Positions 1-9,371 of a DNA stretch of 64,000 nt are shown here, in pieces (positions within the stretch are counted from its first letter, which is position 1; each line of letters opens with the position of its first letter). The stretch lies in assembly GCA_963789905.1 (NCBI GenBank), contig CAWBMK010000001.1:1218769-1282768 (forward strand), written 5' to 3'. Under the pieces are notes generated by a model. That model was not told where the DNA came from and made no database searches. It saw nothing but the letters and a program-made list of their open reading frames with translations. The position numbers were made by a program, and so were the translations under genes. Source of the stretch: an uncultured Chloroflexia bacterium (lineage in GTDB: Bacteria > Chloroflexota > Limnocylindria > Limnocylindrales > CSP1-4).

Positions 1-552
1 CTGACTCGGATGGATCGACTCGAGGCCCGACCGGTATACCTCCGAGACGTATGCCGAGTAGAGCAGGGTCAGGGTGACGATGGCCCAGAACGTCGGGTCG
101 TTGGGAACCCCGGGCAGCTCCAGGGCCGGGATACCGAAGCCCAGGGCGAAGATGACGACGATCCCCGGGACCGCCCGGAAGAGGTCGACGTAGGCGGTGG
201 CCAGGAACCTGACCGGGGCGAACGCAGGCCCGGGCGCGCCACGGCCGATGGCGAGGGCAAGGGCCCCGATAAGGATGAGCACCTCGGCGACGAGAGCGAT
301 GGCAACGTTCTTCCAGAACGGCGGGAGCGCCTGATACCGGCTGTCCGGACGACCGATCAGGACGTCTCTGAGGGTCTCCCAGAAGTACGTCGGGTTGAAG
401 AACTGGTCGCGGACCTCGGGCCAGTTCGGGGCGCTGACGATGAGCCAGCCGAGCAGGCCGAAGACGACGAGCGTGCTGACGGCCGTGATGACGATCGAGC
501 GGCCGTCGCGCTGACGGCCGCCCGATGATCTGGCGCTCGATCGACCCGCCAT
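1..552 (-). CDS. polar amino-acid ABC transporter permease (5' part; gene continues beyond window start)
   Basis: Edge-truncated, so absent from ORF track. Minus-strand translation from ATG at 552 reads MAGRSSARSSGGRQRDGRSIVITAVSTLVVFGLLGWLIVSAPNWPEVRDQFFNPTYFWETLRDVLIGRPDSRYQALPPFWKNVA..., the typical N-terminus of His/Gln-type ABC permeases. It lies 20 bp downstream of the binding-protein gene on the same strand. Confidence 0.7.
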   Translation of the reverse strand, partial: MAGRSSARSSGGRQRDGRSIVITAVSTLVVFGLLGWLIVSAPNWPEVRDQFFNPTYFWETLRDVLIGRPDSRYQALPPFWKNVAIALVAEVLILIGALALAIGRGAPGPAFAPVRFLATAYVDLFRAVPGIVVIFALGFGIPALELPGVPNDPTFWAIVTLTLLYSAYVSEVYRSGLESIHPSQ

Positions 553-571
553 CGGGCCGGCGTCGGGATCG

Positions 572-1507
572 CTACGTCAGCTTGGGAGCGCCCGCGCCGG
601 TGATATACGTGTCGGTGATCGTCTTGAGTGTCCCGTCCGCCTTCATGGCGGCAAGAGCGCCGTTGACACACGAGGTCAACGCACTGTCCTTGGGCAGGAC
701 GACACTGAGGTGCTCGAGTTCGCCGACCGTCGGCAGGACGCCGACGATCGTGCCGTTCTTGAGCTGCGCGGCGACGTTCGTGAACGCCGTCGGCAGATCC
801 ACGACGATGCCGTCGATCTGATTGGCATCCAGGGCTTGGAGCGCAGCATCGAGCGTGTCGTAGACGGCCGGCTCCTTCGTCGGCTTGATGTTGTCGACGA
901 TGTACTGGTAGCTCGTCGTGCCCACGGGCGCACCGAGCTTGAAGTCCGCCAGCCCGGCAACGGTGGTCACGGCGTCGATCGGCTTCCCAGCGTTGCCGAC
1001 CACGGCTTGGTCGAGATCGAAGTAACCGTCTGACAGATCCGCCGCCGCGGTCCGGTCCTCGGTGAACGTGATCTGGGCGAGATACATGTCGAATGGCTTG
1101 TCGCCGGGCGCGAATGACTGGAGATACGGCAGGGGCGTCCAGACGACGTCGGCGGCATCGAAACCGAGCCGCTTGGCGACCTCGTACGCCACGGCGCTCT
1201 CCAAACCCTTGCCGGTCGTCGGATCGCCCATGAAAGGCTGGTTCTCCCAGGGGGCAGAGTTGCCGCCATCGCGGAATGCAAACCAGGGCGGGAATGCCGG
1301 GTTGTCGGTTCCAACGGTGAGCTTGCCTGCTGCGAGCGTCTTGATGTTCTCGGCCGCGCACGCATCGGGCGATGGGGACGGGCTCGGCTCGGTCGAGGCC
1401 GCCGGCGATGGAGACGGCTCCGGCGACGGCGAGGGGCTGGCGCCGCCGCTGCAGGCCGCCGCGAGCAGGATCAGTGCCGCGACCAGGGGAATGGTGGTCT
1501 TGCGCAT
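572..1507 (-). CDS. ABC transporter substrate-binding lipoprotein, polar amino-acid family
   Basis: ORF 572..1561. Start taken at internal ATG 1507, preceded by GGAGGAG. Signal peptide plus lipobox (LLAAAC), then periplasmic binding-protein fold typical of Gln/His/Arg binders. Overlapping ORFs 357..1565 and 1062..1847 are high-GC artefacts. Confidence 0.85.
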   Translation of the reverse strand: MRKTTIPLVAALILLAAACSGGASPSPSPEPSPSPAASTEPSPSPSPDACAAENIKTLAAGKLTVGTDNPAFPPWFAFRDGGNSAPWENQPFMGDPTTGKGLESAVAYEVAKRLGFDAADVVWTPLPYLQSFAPGDKPFDMYLAQITFTEDRTAAADLSDGYFDLDQAVVGNAGKPIDAVTTVAGLADFKLGAPVGTTSYQYIVDNIKPTKEPAVYDTLDAALQALDANQIDGIVVDLPTAFTNVAAQLKNGTIVGVLPTVGELEHLSVVLPKDSALTSCVNGALAAMKADGTLKTITDTYITGAGAPKLT

Positions 1508-1682
1508 GGCGGGAACTCTCTCCTCCTTCAGGATGCGGCGGAGTGTACCGCCGCCGGTCAAACACTCCGCCGCCGCAAATGGCCTGGAATCCCGAAGCGG
1601 CGCGGGAGGAGGCTCGCGCCGCTTCGAGAGATATGACGCCGGTGGCGGGAGGAGGGAACGCCGCCGGTGTCCGGATATTCGG

Positions 1683-1859
1683 TTAGTGGGTCGGCTCGAC
1701 CTTGCCGTCCCCGGAGCCGAAGCGGCCTGTGCGCGCCAGCTCTCTCAGGAACAACAGCCTGTTCACCTCGCCGATCGTCCACTGCCGCTCCCCGATGGGG
1801 ATCCCGCACATGAACGCCGTCAGGTTGGCCGCCTCGTCAGCCGCTAGCCCACGCATCAT
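1683..1859 (-). CDS. hypothetical small protein (about 58 aa)
   Basis: C-terminal part of ORF 1683..2039 (MMRGLAADEAANLTAFMCGIPIGERQWTIGEVNRLLFLRELARTGRFG...) has natural composition. Upstream part is Arg-rich and probably non-coding. Start uncertain. Confidence 0.3.
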   Translation of the reverse strand: MMRGLAADEAANLTAFMCGIPIGERQWTIGEVNRLLFLRELARTGRFGSGDGKVEPTH

Positions 1860-2193
1860 GAGTACCCGAAAGACGGCCCGCGTTCCGAGCGGTCCCGGGA
1901 TCGATCCGTCGTGCCGCCTCGCGGCGCTGCGCGACGCTTCGGTCGTGGCCGCGGGGACCGAGGCGATCGGCCACGGGGGCGCGACCGGCTGTCGCCGTCG
2001 GGAGCCCTGTCGTGTGCGTTCTCGCTGTCGGCCGGCCATCGGTCACGGCCCCATCCTTCCTTCGTACCACCCGGAGATTGCACTCCGGTGAGGTGCCGGG
2101 AACTGTGGTCTTTCCCCCGTCAGGAGGCGAGTAACCGGAGGTACCCAGCCGACCCCGTACTTGTCGCCGCCACCCCCCGGCTAGACTGGCTCG

Positions 2194-3375
2194 ATGCGGG
2201 TCCGTCGGCTGGAGCTTCGGCTCATGGCGCTGACGCTTTCGCTCCTGTGGACGATCTCGGCGGCGCTCCTGTTACTCGGCTATCGGCCGGGCGGGCCCTA
2301 CGACCTCGGCGTCGGCCTGGCCGCGATCCTGTTCGTCGGCGTGGCCCTGGCGGGGCTGGTGTGGCCTCCGGTCGCGAGATCTCGTGACCCGTTCGTGTTC
2401 GTCGTCGCGCTCGGTGCGGCAGCGGCGCTGCTCCTGATCCCATCGATCGCGGGAGTCGTCCGGCAGCTCCAACATGGTGGTCCTCAGACGGTCCTGCCGT
2501 CGCGCGAGGCGATCTACCCGTGGGCCCTGGCCCTGCTCGCCACGGCCATCTTCGGCGGGATCGGGATCGCCCGTCGCCTTCTCGGAGCCAGCAGTCCCCG
2601 GCGGAGGCGCCTGGCGACTGGGGCAGTCATGGGGGCGTGCGGCGCACTCCTCGCCGGGATGGTCTTCGGTGCCGTCGCGATCGCCAACGAGGTCGCCCTC
2701 GCGGACCAGCCCATGCATGCCTCCCGCTACGGCCCGGTGAACGTCGAGGGCGACCCGCCCGCCTGTGGAGATTCGCTGGCGATCCCCGTCTCGGCTCGTC
2801 TTCGAGGCTCCGTCGGGGGGACGGTCGATCGCGCCTCGATCGGCGATGCGGATCTCGCCGGACCGCGGAACGCGAACGACTTCCAATGGACCGCTGCGGT
2901 GGCCAGCGACGTGAGCCGCGGTCGCTACGGCGCCGCACGCGTTTCGGGGTCCGCCTGGGCCGCCGAGCCTGGCCTCGAGTGGGTGCCGGTCGCACCGGCG
3001 ACGGTCGACGGCCTGGCCCTCGATCGTCGGTTCGTCCTGATCGCCCTGTCGCCCGATCAGACCGCGATCGCCCAGGACCTCGGACTGGCGGTGATCGGTG
3101 GGGCACGCGCACGCCACTGTCGGATCGCCACAGACGGGGCCGTGATCAAAGATGCGCTGCCGATCGTCCGCTGGATCGTCGGCGATTCCGACATCGCTCG
3201 CTGGCGCGGCGAGATCGACTACTTCGTGTTCCTGGACGGCGCGGTCGGCGTGGCCCGAGGGTCCCTGAGCGGGGAGGCTTTTGTGCTGGGTCGGCCGGGC
3301 CTGCTCGGAGCGCTCGACTTCGAGCTCGACGTCCTCGATCGCGGTCAGCCGATCACCGTCGAGCCGCCGGTTTGA
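2194..3375 (+). CDS. integral membrane protein (4 N-terminal TM helices plus extracytoplasmic domain), function unknown
   Basis: ORF 2194..3375. Hydrophobic N-terminus (LSLLWTISAALLLLGY..., AAILFVGVALAGLVWPPV...) then soluble domain. Stop 13 nt before the WYL regulator start. Confidence 0.55.
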   Translation: MRVRRLELRLMALTLSLLWTISAALLLLGYRPGGPYDLGVGLAAILFVGVALAGLVWPPVARSRDPFVFVVALGAAAALLLIPSIAGVVRQLQHGGPQTVLPSREAIYPWALALLATAIFGGIGIARRLLGASSPRRRRLATGAVMGACGALLAGMVFGAVAIANEVALADQPMHASRYGPVNVEGDPPACGDSLAIPVSARLRGSVGGTVDRASIGDADLAGPRNANDFQWTAAVASDVSRGRYGAARVSGSAWAAEPGLEWVPVAPATVDGLALDRRFVLIALSPDQTAIAQDLGLAVIGGARARHCRIATDGAVIKDALPIVRWIVGDSDIARWRGEIDYFVFLDGAVGVARGSLSGEAFVLGRPGLLGALDFELDVLDRGQPITVEPPV

Positions 3376-3388
3376 TCGCGCCCCGACG

Positions 3389-4387
3389 ATGATGGACGAG
3401 GGCAACGATCGCCTGACCGCGAAGCGCGACCGGCTGGCGCGCTTCTATCGCGTTCTCCGAGTCCTCCAGGCATACGGTGAGCAGGGCGTTCGGATCGAGG
3501 AGATCGCGCGCCGCGTCGGGATGTCCAAGCGGACGGTCTATCGGGACCTGCGGGCGCTCGAGGACGAGATCGGAGTGCCCGTCTGGAGCGACGAGGGGCG
3601 CTGGGGGGTCGAAAGCGAGGCGTTCCTCCCACCCCTCCGCTTGACGGTTCCGGAGGCGATGGCGGTCGTCCTGTCGGCACGCCTTATGACACGCTACGCC
3701 AACACGTACGACCCCGATCTTGGGGCGGCGTTCCAGAAGCTCGAGGAGGGCCTGCCACCGGCGCTCCGCGACCACGTCGAACGGACCCTCGAGATCCTGT
3801 CACGTCGTCGCTTCGACGAGCATTTTCAGCGGACCGTCCGCGACTTGACCCGAGCCTGGGCAGACGGGCGCATCGTCACCTTCCGCTACACCGGCGCCTA
3901 CGGCACCGAGCGGGGGCCTCGTCAGGCGCGTGTGCGCCCGTACCTGCTCGAACCGTCCGTTCAGACGCACGCGCTGTATCTCATCGGTCACGACGAGGAG
4001 CGCAATGGCCTGCGCACGTTCAAGGTCGAGCGGATGACCGACCTGACCGTGACCTCCGAGACCTTCGAGCCGCCCGAAGGGGGGGCGATGGAGGAGCTCC
4101 TCGGACACGCCTGGGACATCATCGCCGACCAGGCCGAGGTCGATGTCTTGTTGCGATTCGCGCCCGGGGTGGCGGCCCGCGTCCGCGAGGCGACGTGGCA
4201 TCCGACCGAGCAGGTCACGACCGAGGACGACGGCTCTCTCGTCTGGCGGGCCAAGGTGTCGGGCACGATCGAGATCCGCCTCTGGATCCTCTCCTGGGGC
4301 GCAGATGTCGAGGTGCTGGCGCCGATCGACCTGCGCGAGGATGTCGCGGCGACGTTGCGAACCGCCCTCGAGCACTACGAGGCCTGA
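3389..4387 (+). CDS. HTH-WYL-WCX family transcriptional regulator (PafBC/BrxR-like)
   Basis: ORF 3281..4387. ATG ATG at 3389 directly after upstream stop. N-terminal wHTH (RVLRVLQAYGEQGVRIEEIARRVGMSKRTVYRDLRALEDEIGVPV), central WYL region (RIVTFRYTGAYGTERGPRQARVRPYLLEPSVQTHALYLIGHDEERNGLRTFKVERM) and C-terminal extension. Confidence 0.8.
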   Translation: MMDEGNDRLTAKRDRLARFYRVLRVLQAYGEQGVRIEEIARRVGMSKRTVYRDLRALEDEIGVPVWSDEGRWGVESEAFLPPLRLTVPEAMAVVLSARLMTRYANTYDPDLGAAFQKLEEGLPPALRDHVERTLEILSRRRFDEHFQRTVRDLTRAWADGRIVTFRYTGAYGTERGPRQARVRPYLLEPSVQTHALYLIGHDEERNGLRTFKVERMTDLTVTSETFEPPEGGAMEELLGHAWDIIADQAEVDVLLRFAPGVAARVREATWHPTEQVTTEDDGSLVWRAKVSGTIEIRLWILSWGADVEVLAPIDLREDVAATLRTALEHYEA

Positions 4388-4455
4388 CCGCTCGAGCCGT
4401 GCCGCCGGCGCCGGCGGCTCCTGGCCACCGACGACCGGCGGGTATCCTCTGGCCC

Positions 4456-5868
4456 GTGGAGACCCATCCTGGGCGGCGCCTGCAGTTTGCCGCAGTCAAT
4501 CTCATCAGCGACCCGATCCACGGCTATCTCGAGCTGACGCGCCGCCTGTCCCCTTCCGAGGCCGTCGGGGCCGGCCTCCCGATCGAGGAGAAAGCCGAGG
4601 AGGACCTTCTCGATAGCGCCTGGGTCCAGCGCCTTCGCCGGATCAGCCAGCTCCAGTCCGCCCGCTGGGTCTTCCCGACCGCCGAGCATTCTCGATTCAC
4701 CCATGGCCTGGGGGTCATGCACGAGGCGGGCCTGTGGGCCAGATCGCTGTTCCCGTCCCTCGCGGCGGCGCTGCCGAGCCTCGCGCCCGGTGAGACTCTC
4801 CCGAGCGAGGGCCTGGTCGTCGAGACGATGCGCGTCGCCGGTCTCCTCCACGACGTCGGCCACGGACCGTTCGCTCACTACTTCGACGACCACGTCCTGG
4901 CGGCTTTCGAGGCGCCAGCGGATCGCCGGCGACCGACGGGCAAGCGCCTCGCGCACGAGGATCTGTCGCAGCTCATCATCGAACGCGAGCTGGGGCCCAC
5001 GATCCACGGGCTGCGGCGGGCTCCCGGAGCGACACCCGCCCGCGACGCGTTCGCCGACAGCGAGGCGATCGACCCGGCGTGGGTGAGCTTCCTCGTATCG
5101 AAGCCCGCCCTCACGGACGCGACGATGCCGCGCTGGGTCCGGCTCCTCCAGCCATTGCTGTCGGGGGTCTTCACGGTCGACAACCTCGACTACGTCCGCC
5201 GAGATGCCTACATGACCGGCGTGGCGATCGGTCCGGTGGATGTCGAGCGGATCCGGCGCTACTCCTTCATCTCGGAGCGCGGGCTGACGCTGCTCGAACC
5301 CGGGCTGGCGGCGGTCGAGATGTTCCTGACCGCGCGCCTATTCATGCATCAGCAGGTCTACTACCACCGCACCGTACGGGCACTCGACCTCGACCTGGCA
5401 CCGATCTTCCTGCCGTCCGTCCGGGCGATCTTCGGCGACGGATCGCCGGTGGATCGATTGTCCGACTATGCCGACCTCGATGAGTACGCGCTGCTCCACC
5501 AGGCCGCCCGCTGGGCCCGTGGCGAGATGCTCTCCAGCGACCCGCTGCCCGGCGACGGCACTGTGCCATCTGCCGTCGCCGATGGCTGGCGCCAGATCCT
5601 TCTGCGGCATCCGCGCTGGCGGGCCGAATCCGAGGAGCGGCTATCGTCCGAGGATGGGACCTGGCCCGACGACGTCCTCGCCCGTCTCGGTCCAGCCGAC
5701 GACCGAGTTGCCATCGACCTGGTGGCGATCGACGCTCGTCCGCCCCGGGCGGACGAGCTCCTGGCGATCGAGGCCCGCGACGGCTCGCCGGGCCGACCGG
5801 CCTCTGTAGCACTGGCCGGCATCCCGGCCTTCGTCCACGTGGGACGCCGTTACCGGCGGATCGACTGA
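4456..5868 (+). CDS. HD-domain dNTP triphosphohydrolase-like protein (SAMHD1/Dgt superfamily)
   Basis: ORF 4195..5868. In-frame GTG at 4456 after WYL gene stop. HD motifs: SDPIHGYLELT, RLRRISQLQ, FPTAEHSRFTHGLGVMHEAG (His...HD) and VAGLLHDVGHGPFAHYFD, plus DNLDYVRRDAYMTGV. About 470 aa, as in COG1078 dNTPases. Confidence 0.75.
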   Translation: METHPGRRLQFAAVNLISDPIHGYLELTRRLSPSEAVGAGLPIEEKAEEDLLDSAWVQRLRRISQLQSARWVFPTAEHSRFTHGLGVMHEAGLWARSLFPSLAAALPSLAPGETLPSEGLVVETMRVAGLLHDVGHGPFAHYFDDHVLAAFEAPADRRRPTGKRLAHEDLSQLIIERELGPTIHGLRRAPGATPARDAFADSEAIDPAWVSFLVSKPALTDATMPRWVRLLQPLLSGVFTVDNLDYVRRDAYMTGVAIGPVDVERIRRYSFISERGLTLLEPGLAAVEMFLTARLFMHQQVYYHRTVRALDLDLAPIFLPSVRAIFGDGSPVDRLSDYADLDEYALLHQAARWARGEMLSSDPLPGDGTVPSAVADGWRQILLRHPRWRAESEERLSSEDGTWPDDVLARLGPADDRVAIDLVAIDARPPRADELLAIEARDGSPGRPASVALAGIPAFVHVGRRYRRID

Positions 5869-5999
5869 CGGTCTGACACCACCCGGCCAGTGACCTCTAC
5901 CGAGCCCGGCCAGAGACTGGACCGGCGCGGCTAGAATCCGGCAAGCGCGTGTCGGCGAGGCGCCCTCCCGCCGCAGCGTCGCGATCAGGAGAGTCCCGG

Positions 6000-6909
6000 C
6001 TGTCTCGATACGACTACCCCGACGCCTCCGATGCGGTCGTCACGCCTCTCACGGAGGAGCAGCTCGCCGCTCAACGGACGCGCAACGGCGAGAGGGTGCG
6101 GTTCGCACATGGACGGTATTGGCGCGAGACGAGCCGCGGGTTCTTCGAGCCCATCCACTGGCTGTCGCGTCTGACCCCGGCGGAGGCGATCCGACCGGGG
6201 TTCGGATGGGGTTTCCGAGCGACGCTCGACGACGGACACGCATCCGCGGCAAACGCCAGCCTCCCACTCCACCTGCTGTCCGATCTCTCGACATATGAGG
6301 CCTCGGCCCTGCCGCGAGACGCCCGCAGAGCTATCCGCAGGATGGCTCGACAGCATGTCCGGATCGTCCAGCTGACCGATCCGCGGGTCCTCAGCGATCA
6401 GGGCTACGACATCCTCCTCGATTGGCATGAACGGGTCGGTCGGGCCAGAGCGGTGCCCTCGCGGGAGGACTTTCTCGAGGAGATCGGCAGGCAGGTCAAC
6501 GACATCGGCTGGCTGACCCTGGCCGGCATGGATGGCGACCGCCTGCTCGGGCTACCAGACGGCGTTCGCGGTCGAGGATGTGGGGTATTTGCACGAGATC
6601 AAGGTCTCGACGACCTCCTTGAGCCGAGGTCTAACAGCCGTGCTCGATTTCGAGACTGTGCAGGCTTTCAAGAGGATCGGATCCGTGGTCCGGGCGACGA
6701 CCGGACTGCACGAGCCGGAGAAGCCGAACCTCACTATCTACAAGGTCCGCAATCGGTTCCCAGTCGTTCGGGTGCCGGCCCGTGTCTGGATGCTCAAGCC
6801 GGCCGAGCTGCTGTTACGATGGCGCGACCCGCTGGCCTATTACCGCCTCACGGGTCGGGGTCCCAGCAGCGTCACCGAGTCGTACGGCAGCTCGCCGCCA
6901 CCGGACTAG
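6000..6909 (+). pseudogene. FemABX-like GNAT-fold protein, paralog copy 1 (subfamily A), frameshifted
   Basis: ORF 5949..7004 carries the N-terminal half (LSRYDYPDASDAVVTPLTEEQLAAQRTRNGERVRFAHGRYWRE...WLTLAGMDGDRLLG) then loses frame near 6551. ORF 6532..6909 in another frame carries the C-terminal half (YQTAFAVEDVGYLHEIKVST...YKVRNRFPVVRVPARVWMLKPAELLL...). One extra base relative to copies 3/4 (ctcgggctaccag vs cttggctatcag). Family start position here is CTG (6000), preceded by AGGAGAG. Confidence 0.6.
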
Positions 6910-6919
6910 GCTGGCGGAG

Positions 6920-7000
6920 ATGTCGCGCTACGACTATCCGGACGTCGTCCGATGCCACCGTCCGACCGATCTCAGAGGACGATCTGGCCGTCGAGCTTGA
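6920..7000 (+). pseudogene. 5' fragment of a further Fem-like copy (MSRYDYPDVV...)
   Basis: ATG at 6920 (within ORF 6782..7000) encodes MSRYDYPDVVRCHRPTDLRG...stop. First 8 codons match the family start, then degrades. Confidence 0.4.
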
Positions 7001-7141
7001 GTAAGGCGGCACGTCTCTGCGACGGGCCCATGGAACCTCGCGCGCCATCCGACGATGCCGCGACATCGACCGGGCCATCCATGTCAGTGCGGGCAGTCGA
7101 TGAGCGTGACCGCCACCGAGTACGAATAGACTCACCGAGCG

Positions 7142-7471
7142 ATGCCCGATCCCGAGCCTGGTAGGCAACAGCTATCGCAGGCCGACGTCGATCTGCGCCT
7201 GGCCAGTCTCGATTCGGCATGGCATCACCAGGATGATCGCCTCGTCCGCGCGTTCACGTTCAGCTCGTTCAGTGCGGCCTTCGGGCTCGCGACCCGCGTG
7301 GCCCTCCTCGCCGAGGCGCAGGGACACCACCCAGACCTCGAGGTCGGCTGGGGCCGTCTCGTCGTCATCTTCACGAGCCACGACATAGGCGGGCTGTCAG
7401 AACGGGACTTCGCGATGGCGACGAAGGTGGATCGCCTCGTCGAGCGGGGCCTCGGCACCAAGGAAGGCTGA
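7142..7471 (+). CDS. pterin-4a-carbinolamine dehydratase (PCD/DCoH family)
   Basis: ORF 7142..7471. RAFTFSSFSAAFGLATRVALLAEAQGHHPDLEVGWGRLVVIFTSHDIGGLSERDFAMA matches the PCD signature (F.F..F..AF.......AE..HHPD......V......H...GLS..D...A). Confidence 0.8.
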   Translation: MPDPEPGRQQLSQADVDLRLASLDSAWHHQDDRLVRAFTFSSFSAAFGLATRVALLAEAQGHHPDLEVGWGRLVVIFTSHDIGGLSERDFAMATKVDRLVERGLGTKEG

Positions 7472-7555
7472 TCCGGGCGGCGGTCGCGAACCCGGTGGAC
7501 TCGACCTCGATCCTGCGGTGCTCACGGCCCGACGGGAGCCCGGTTGACCAGGTCC

Positions 7556-7590
7556 TACAAGATCCGCCACGGCTTCCCTGTCGTCGGCAC
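7556..7590 (+). pseudogene. 3' fragment of a Fem-like copy (YKIRHGFPVVG...)
   Basis: Frame +1 relative to ORF 7495..7680 reads YKIRHGFPVVGTGRGF..., matching the conserved C-terminal motif (Y/F)K(V/I)RHGFP(V/L)V of the family, then diverges into a short stop-terminated tail. Confidence 0.35.
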
Positions 7591-7690
7591 CGGCCGCGGA
7601 TTTGCGCGGACGACTCCACATGGGGCGGCGCGGGCGCCAACCGAACGTGCAAGGATCCGGCAGAGTTGATGGTCGGATAGGCTCCCCGCC

Positions 7691-8575
7691 ATGTCGCGAT
7701 ATGACTATCCGGACGTCTCGGTTGCGAGCGTCCGACCCGTCACGGAGGAACAGCTCGCCGCGCAGTTGACCCGAGACGGCGAGACTGTGCGCCTGGCCCA
7801 CGGGCGCTACTGGCGTGAGTACAGCGGTGGGTTCTTCGAGCCAGTCCATCGGATGGCACGCCTGTCGGCCGGTGAGGCCCGCCGACCCGGTCTTTGCTGG
7901 GGCTTTCGGGCTACGCTGGATGAAGCTGCTGCAACCGCGGCCAACGCGAGCTTGCCGATGCATCTCATCGTCGATATCGCGGCGCACGATGCATCGGTGC
8001 TTCCAAGGGATGCGCGCTACAACCGGAACAAGCAGGCGCGACAGGGAGTTCGGATCGTCCAGGCAATCGACCTGCAGGTCATCCGAGACCAGGGATACGA
8101 GGTGATGCTGGACTGGTGGCAGCGCATCCCGCGGCGTGGAGCGATCCACACACGCGAACGCTACCTAGCTGAATTGGGACGGCGCGTGCCCGCTGACGGC
8201 TGGCTCACTCTGGCCGCCTTGGATGGCGATCGCCTCCTTGGCTTCCAGCAATCGCAGGTCGTGGACGACACCGCTTATATGGAGACCAACACCGTGACCG
8301 CCATGGGCCTCGACCTCGGCCTCAGCGGCAGGCTCGACTTTGAAGCCACCCAGGTGTTCAGGCGGAACGGGTCCATCGTTCGCGCTACCTCCGGCGTGTA
8401 TCAACCTGAGATGCCGCGCCTCGCTGCATTCAAGGTCCGTCACGGTTTCCCGGTCGTCCGTGTACCGTCACGGTTCTGGATGCTCAAGCCGATGGAGCTC
8501 GTGGTTCGTGCGCGGCGCCCGCTCACCTACTACCGGCTTACTGGGCGCGGCATAGACCGGGCGGTGGGCCACTAG
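7691..8575 (+). CDS. FemABX-like GNAT-fold protein, paralog copy 2 (subfamily B)
   Basis: ORF 7691..8575 (ATG). MSRYDYPDVSVASVRPVTEEQLAAQLTRDGETVRLAHGRYWRE...WLTLAALDGDRLLGF...FKVRHGFPVVRVPSRFWMLKP. Antisense ORF 7397..8149 rejected. Confidence 0.65.
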   Translation: MSRYDYPDVSVASVRPVTEEQLAAQLTRDGETVRLAHGRYWREYSGGFFEPVHRMARLSAGEARRPGLCWGFRATLDEAAATAANASLPMHLIVDIAAHDASVLPRDARYNRNKQARQGVRIVQAIDLQVIRDQGYEVMLDWWQRIPRRGAIHTRERYLAELGRRVPADGWLTLAALDGDRLLGFQQSQVVDDTAYMETNTVTAMGLDLGLSGRLDFEATQVFRRNGSIVRATSGVYQPEMPRLAAFKVRHGFPVVRVPSRFWMLKPMELVVRARRPLTYYRLTGRGIDRAVGH

Positions 8576-8645
8576 AGATCGAGCCTCCCGTGGAGGTGGC
8601 GCAGGGCGAGCTTCTCTGGAGTGAGGGGCGGGCCGCTTCCTCACT

Positions 8646-8963
8646 CTACGCAGACTTCTCTTCTCGATGGATGCCGTCGCGGCAGAAGCCGCACGTGACG
8701 ACAACTGCTTCTCGGCAGGTGCAATCTGGGCAGCTACACGTGATGGCAGGGAGTGGAAGAGGGCGGCAACTCTCGGTTGAAGGAACTGCGATTGCAGCCG
8801 GGTCGCCGTTCCGTTCCGCCCTCTTCCTCGCCCTGCGGACCTTCTCCCGATCCCGATAGTCGGGGTTCGCCGCGCGCCAGGCTCTGTGGTAGGCGCGCCG
8901 GAACTCGGGTTCGTGCCATCGTCCGCCGCGGCTTCCGGGACCCGTCGGCAGGCGGTTAGCCAT
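8646..8963 (-). CDS. small Cys-rich protein (putative zinc-binding), function unknown
   Basis: ORF 8646..9101. Start tentatively at internal M (MANRLPTG..., 8963). Basic helical region WHEPEFRRAYHRAWRAANPDYRDREKVRRARKRAERNG followed by C-terminal cluster PLPLPAITCSCPDCTCREAVVVTCGFCRDGIHREEKSA (6 Cys). No clear RBS at any candidate start. Confidence 0.35.
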   Translation of the reverse strand: MANRLPTGPGSRGGRWHEPEFRRAYHRAWRAANPDYRDREKVRRARKRAERNGDPAAIAVPSTESCRPLPLPAITCSCPDCTCREAVVVTCGFCRDGIHREEKSA

Positions 8964-9371
8964 CGGCTCATCGCCGACTGGCCGTCGAGATCTCGGCGTC
9001 GCCCGGTCGACGAGGTCGCGAGAGTCCTTCATCAGCGGCCGATGGCCTCGAGGAGGACCACTGCGAGCCCGTATGTCAATTCCCGACCCCTTCCCACCCA
9101 TCTGTCACGGGCGTGTGCCTCGCCCGATCGACGGGCATCGTGCAGGCACGCCAAAGAACCCTTGGGCGGGGCCGGCGGATGTAGACGGGGGCGGGATGCC
9201 AGCGCACGCTCGGCCTTACGAGGCCTGGCGCGTCGGCGAGAGCAGCCGGGCCGTTCGTACGGCGAAAGCCCCCGTGGGCTGCGCAAGGCAGGGTACAGCG
9301 GGTCGACGAGGGCTGCAGGAATCAGCCGGTCGGGGGCGTGCCTGCCGGAGACTCGCCCTCGTGGACTTCGA

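Noticed and set aside
357-1847. Long ORFs 357..1565 (-), 1062..1847 (+), 10..528 (+) overlapping the ABC transporter genes
   Set aside because: Arg/Asp/Glu-rich translations typical of out-of-frame or antisense reading of high-GC coding DNA. The true genes (permease, binding protein) are on the minus strand in another frame.
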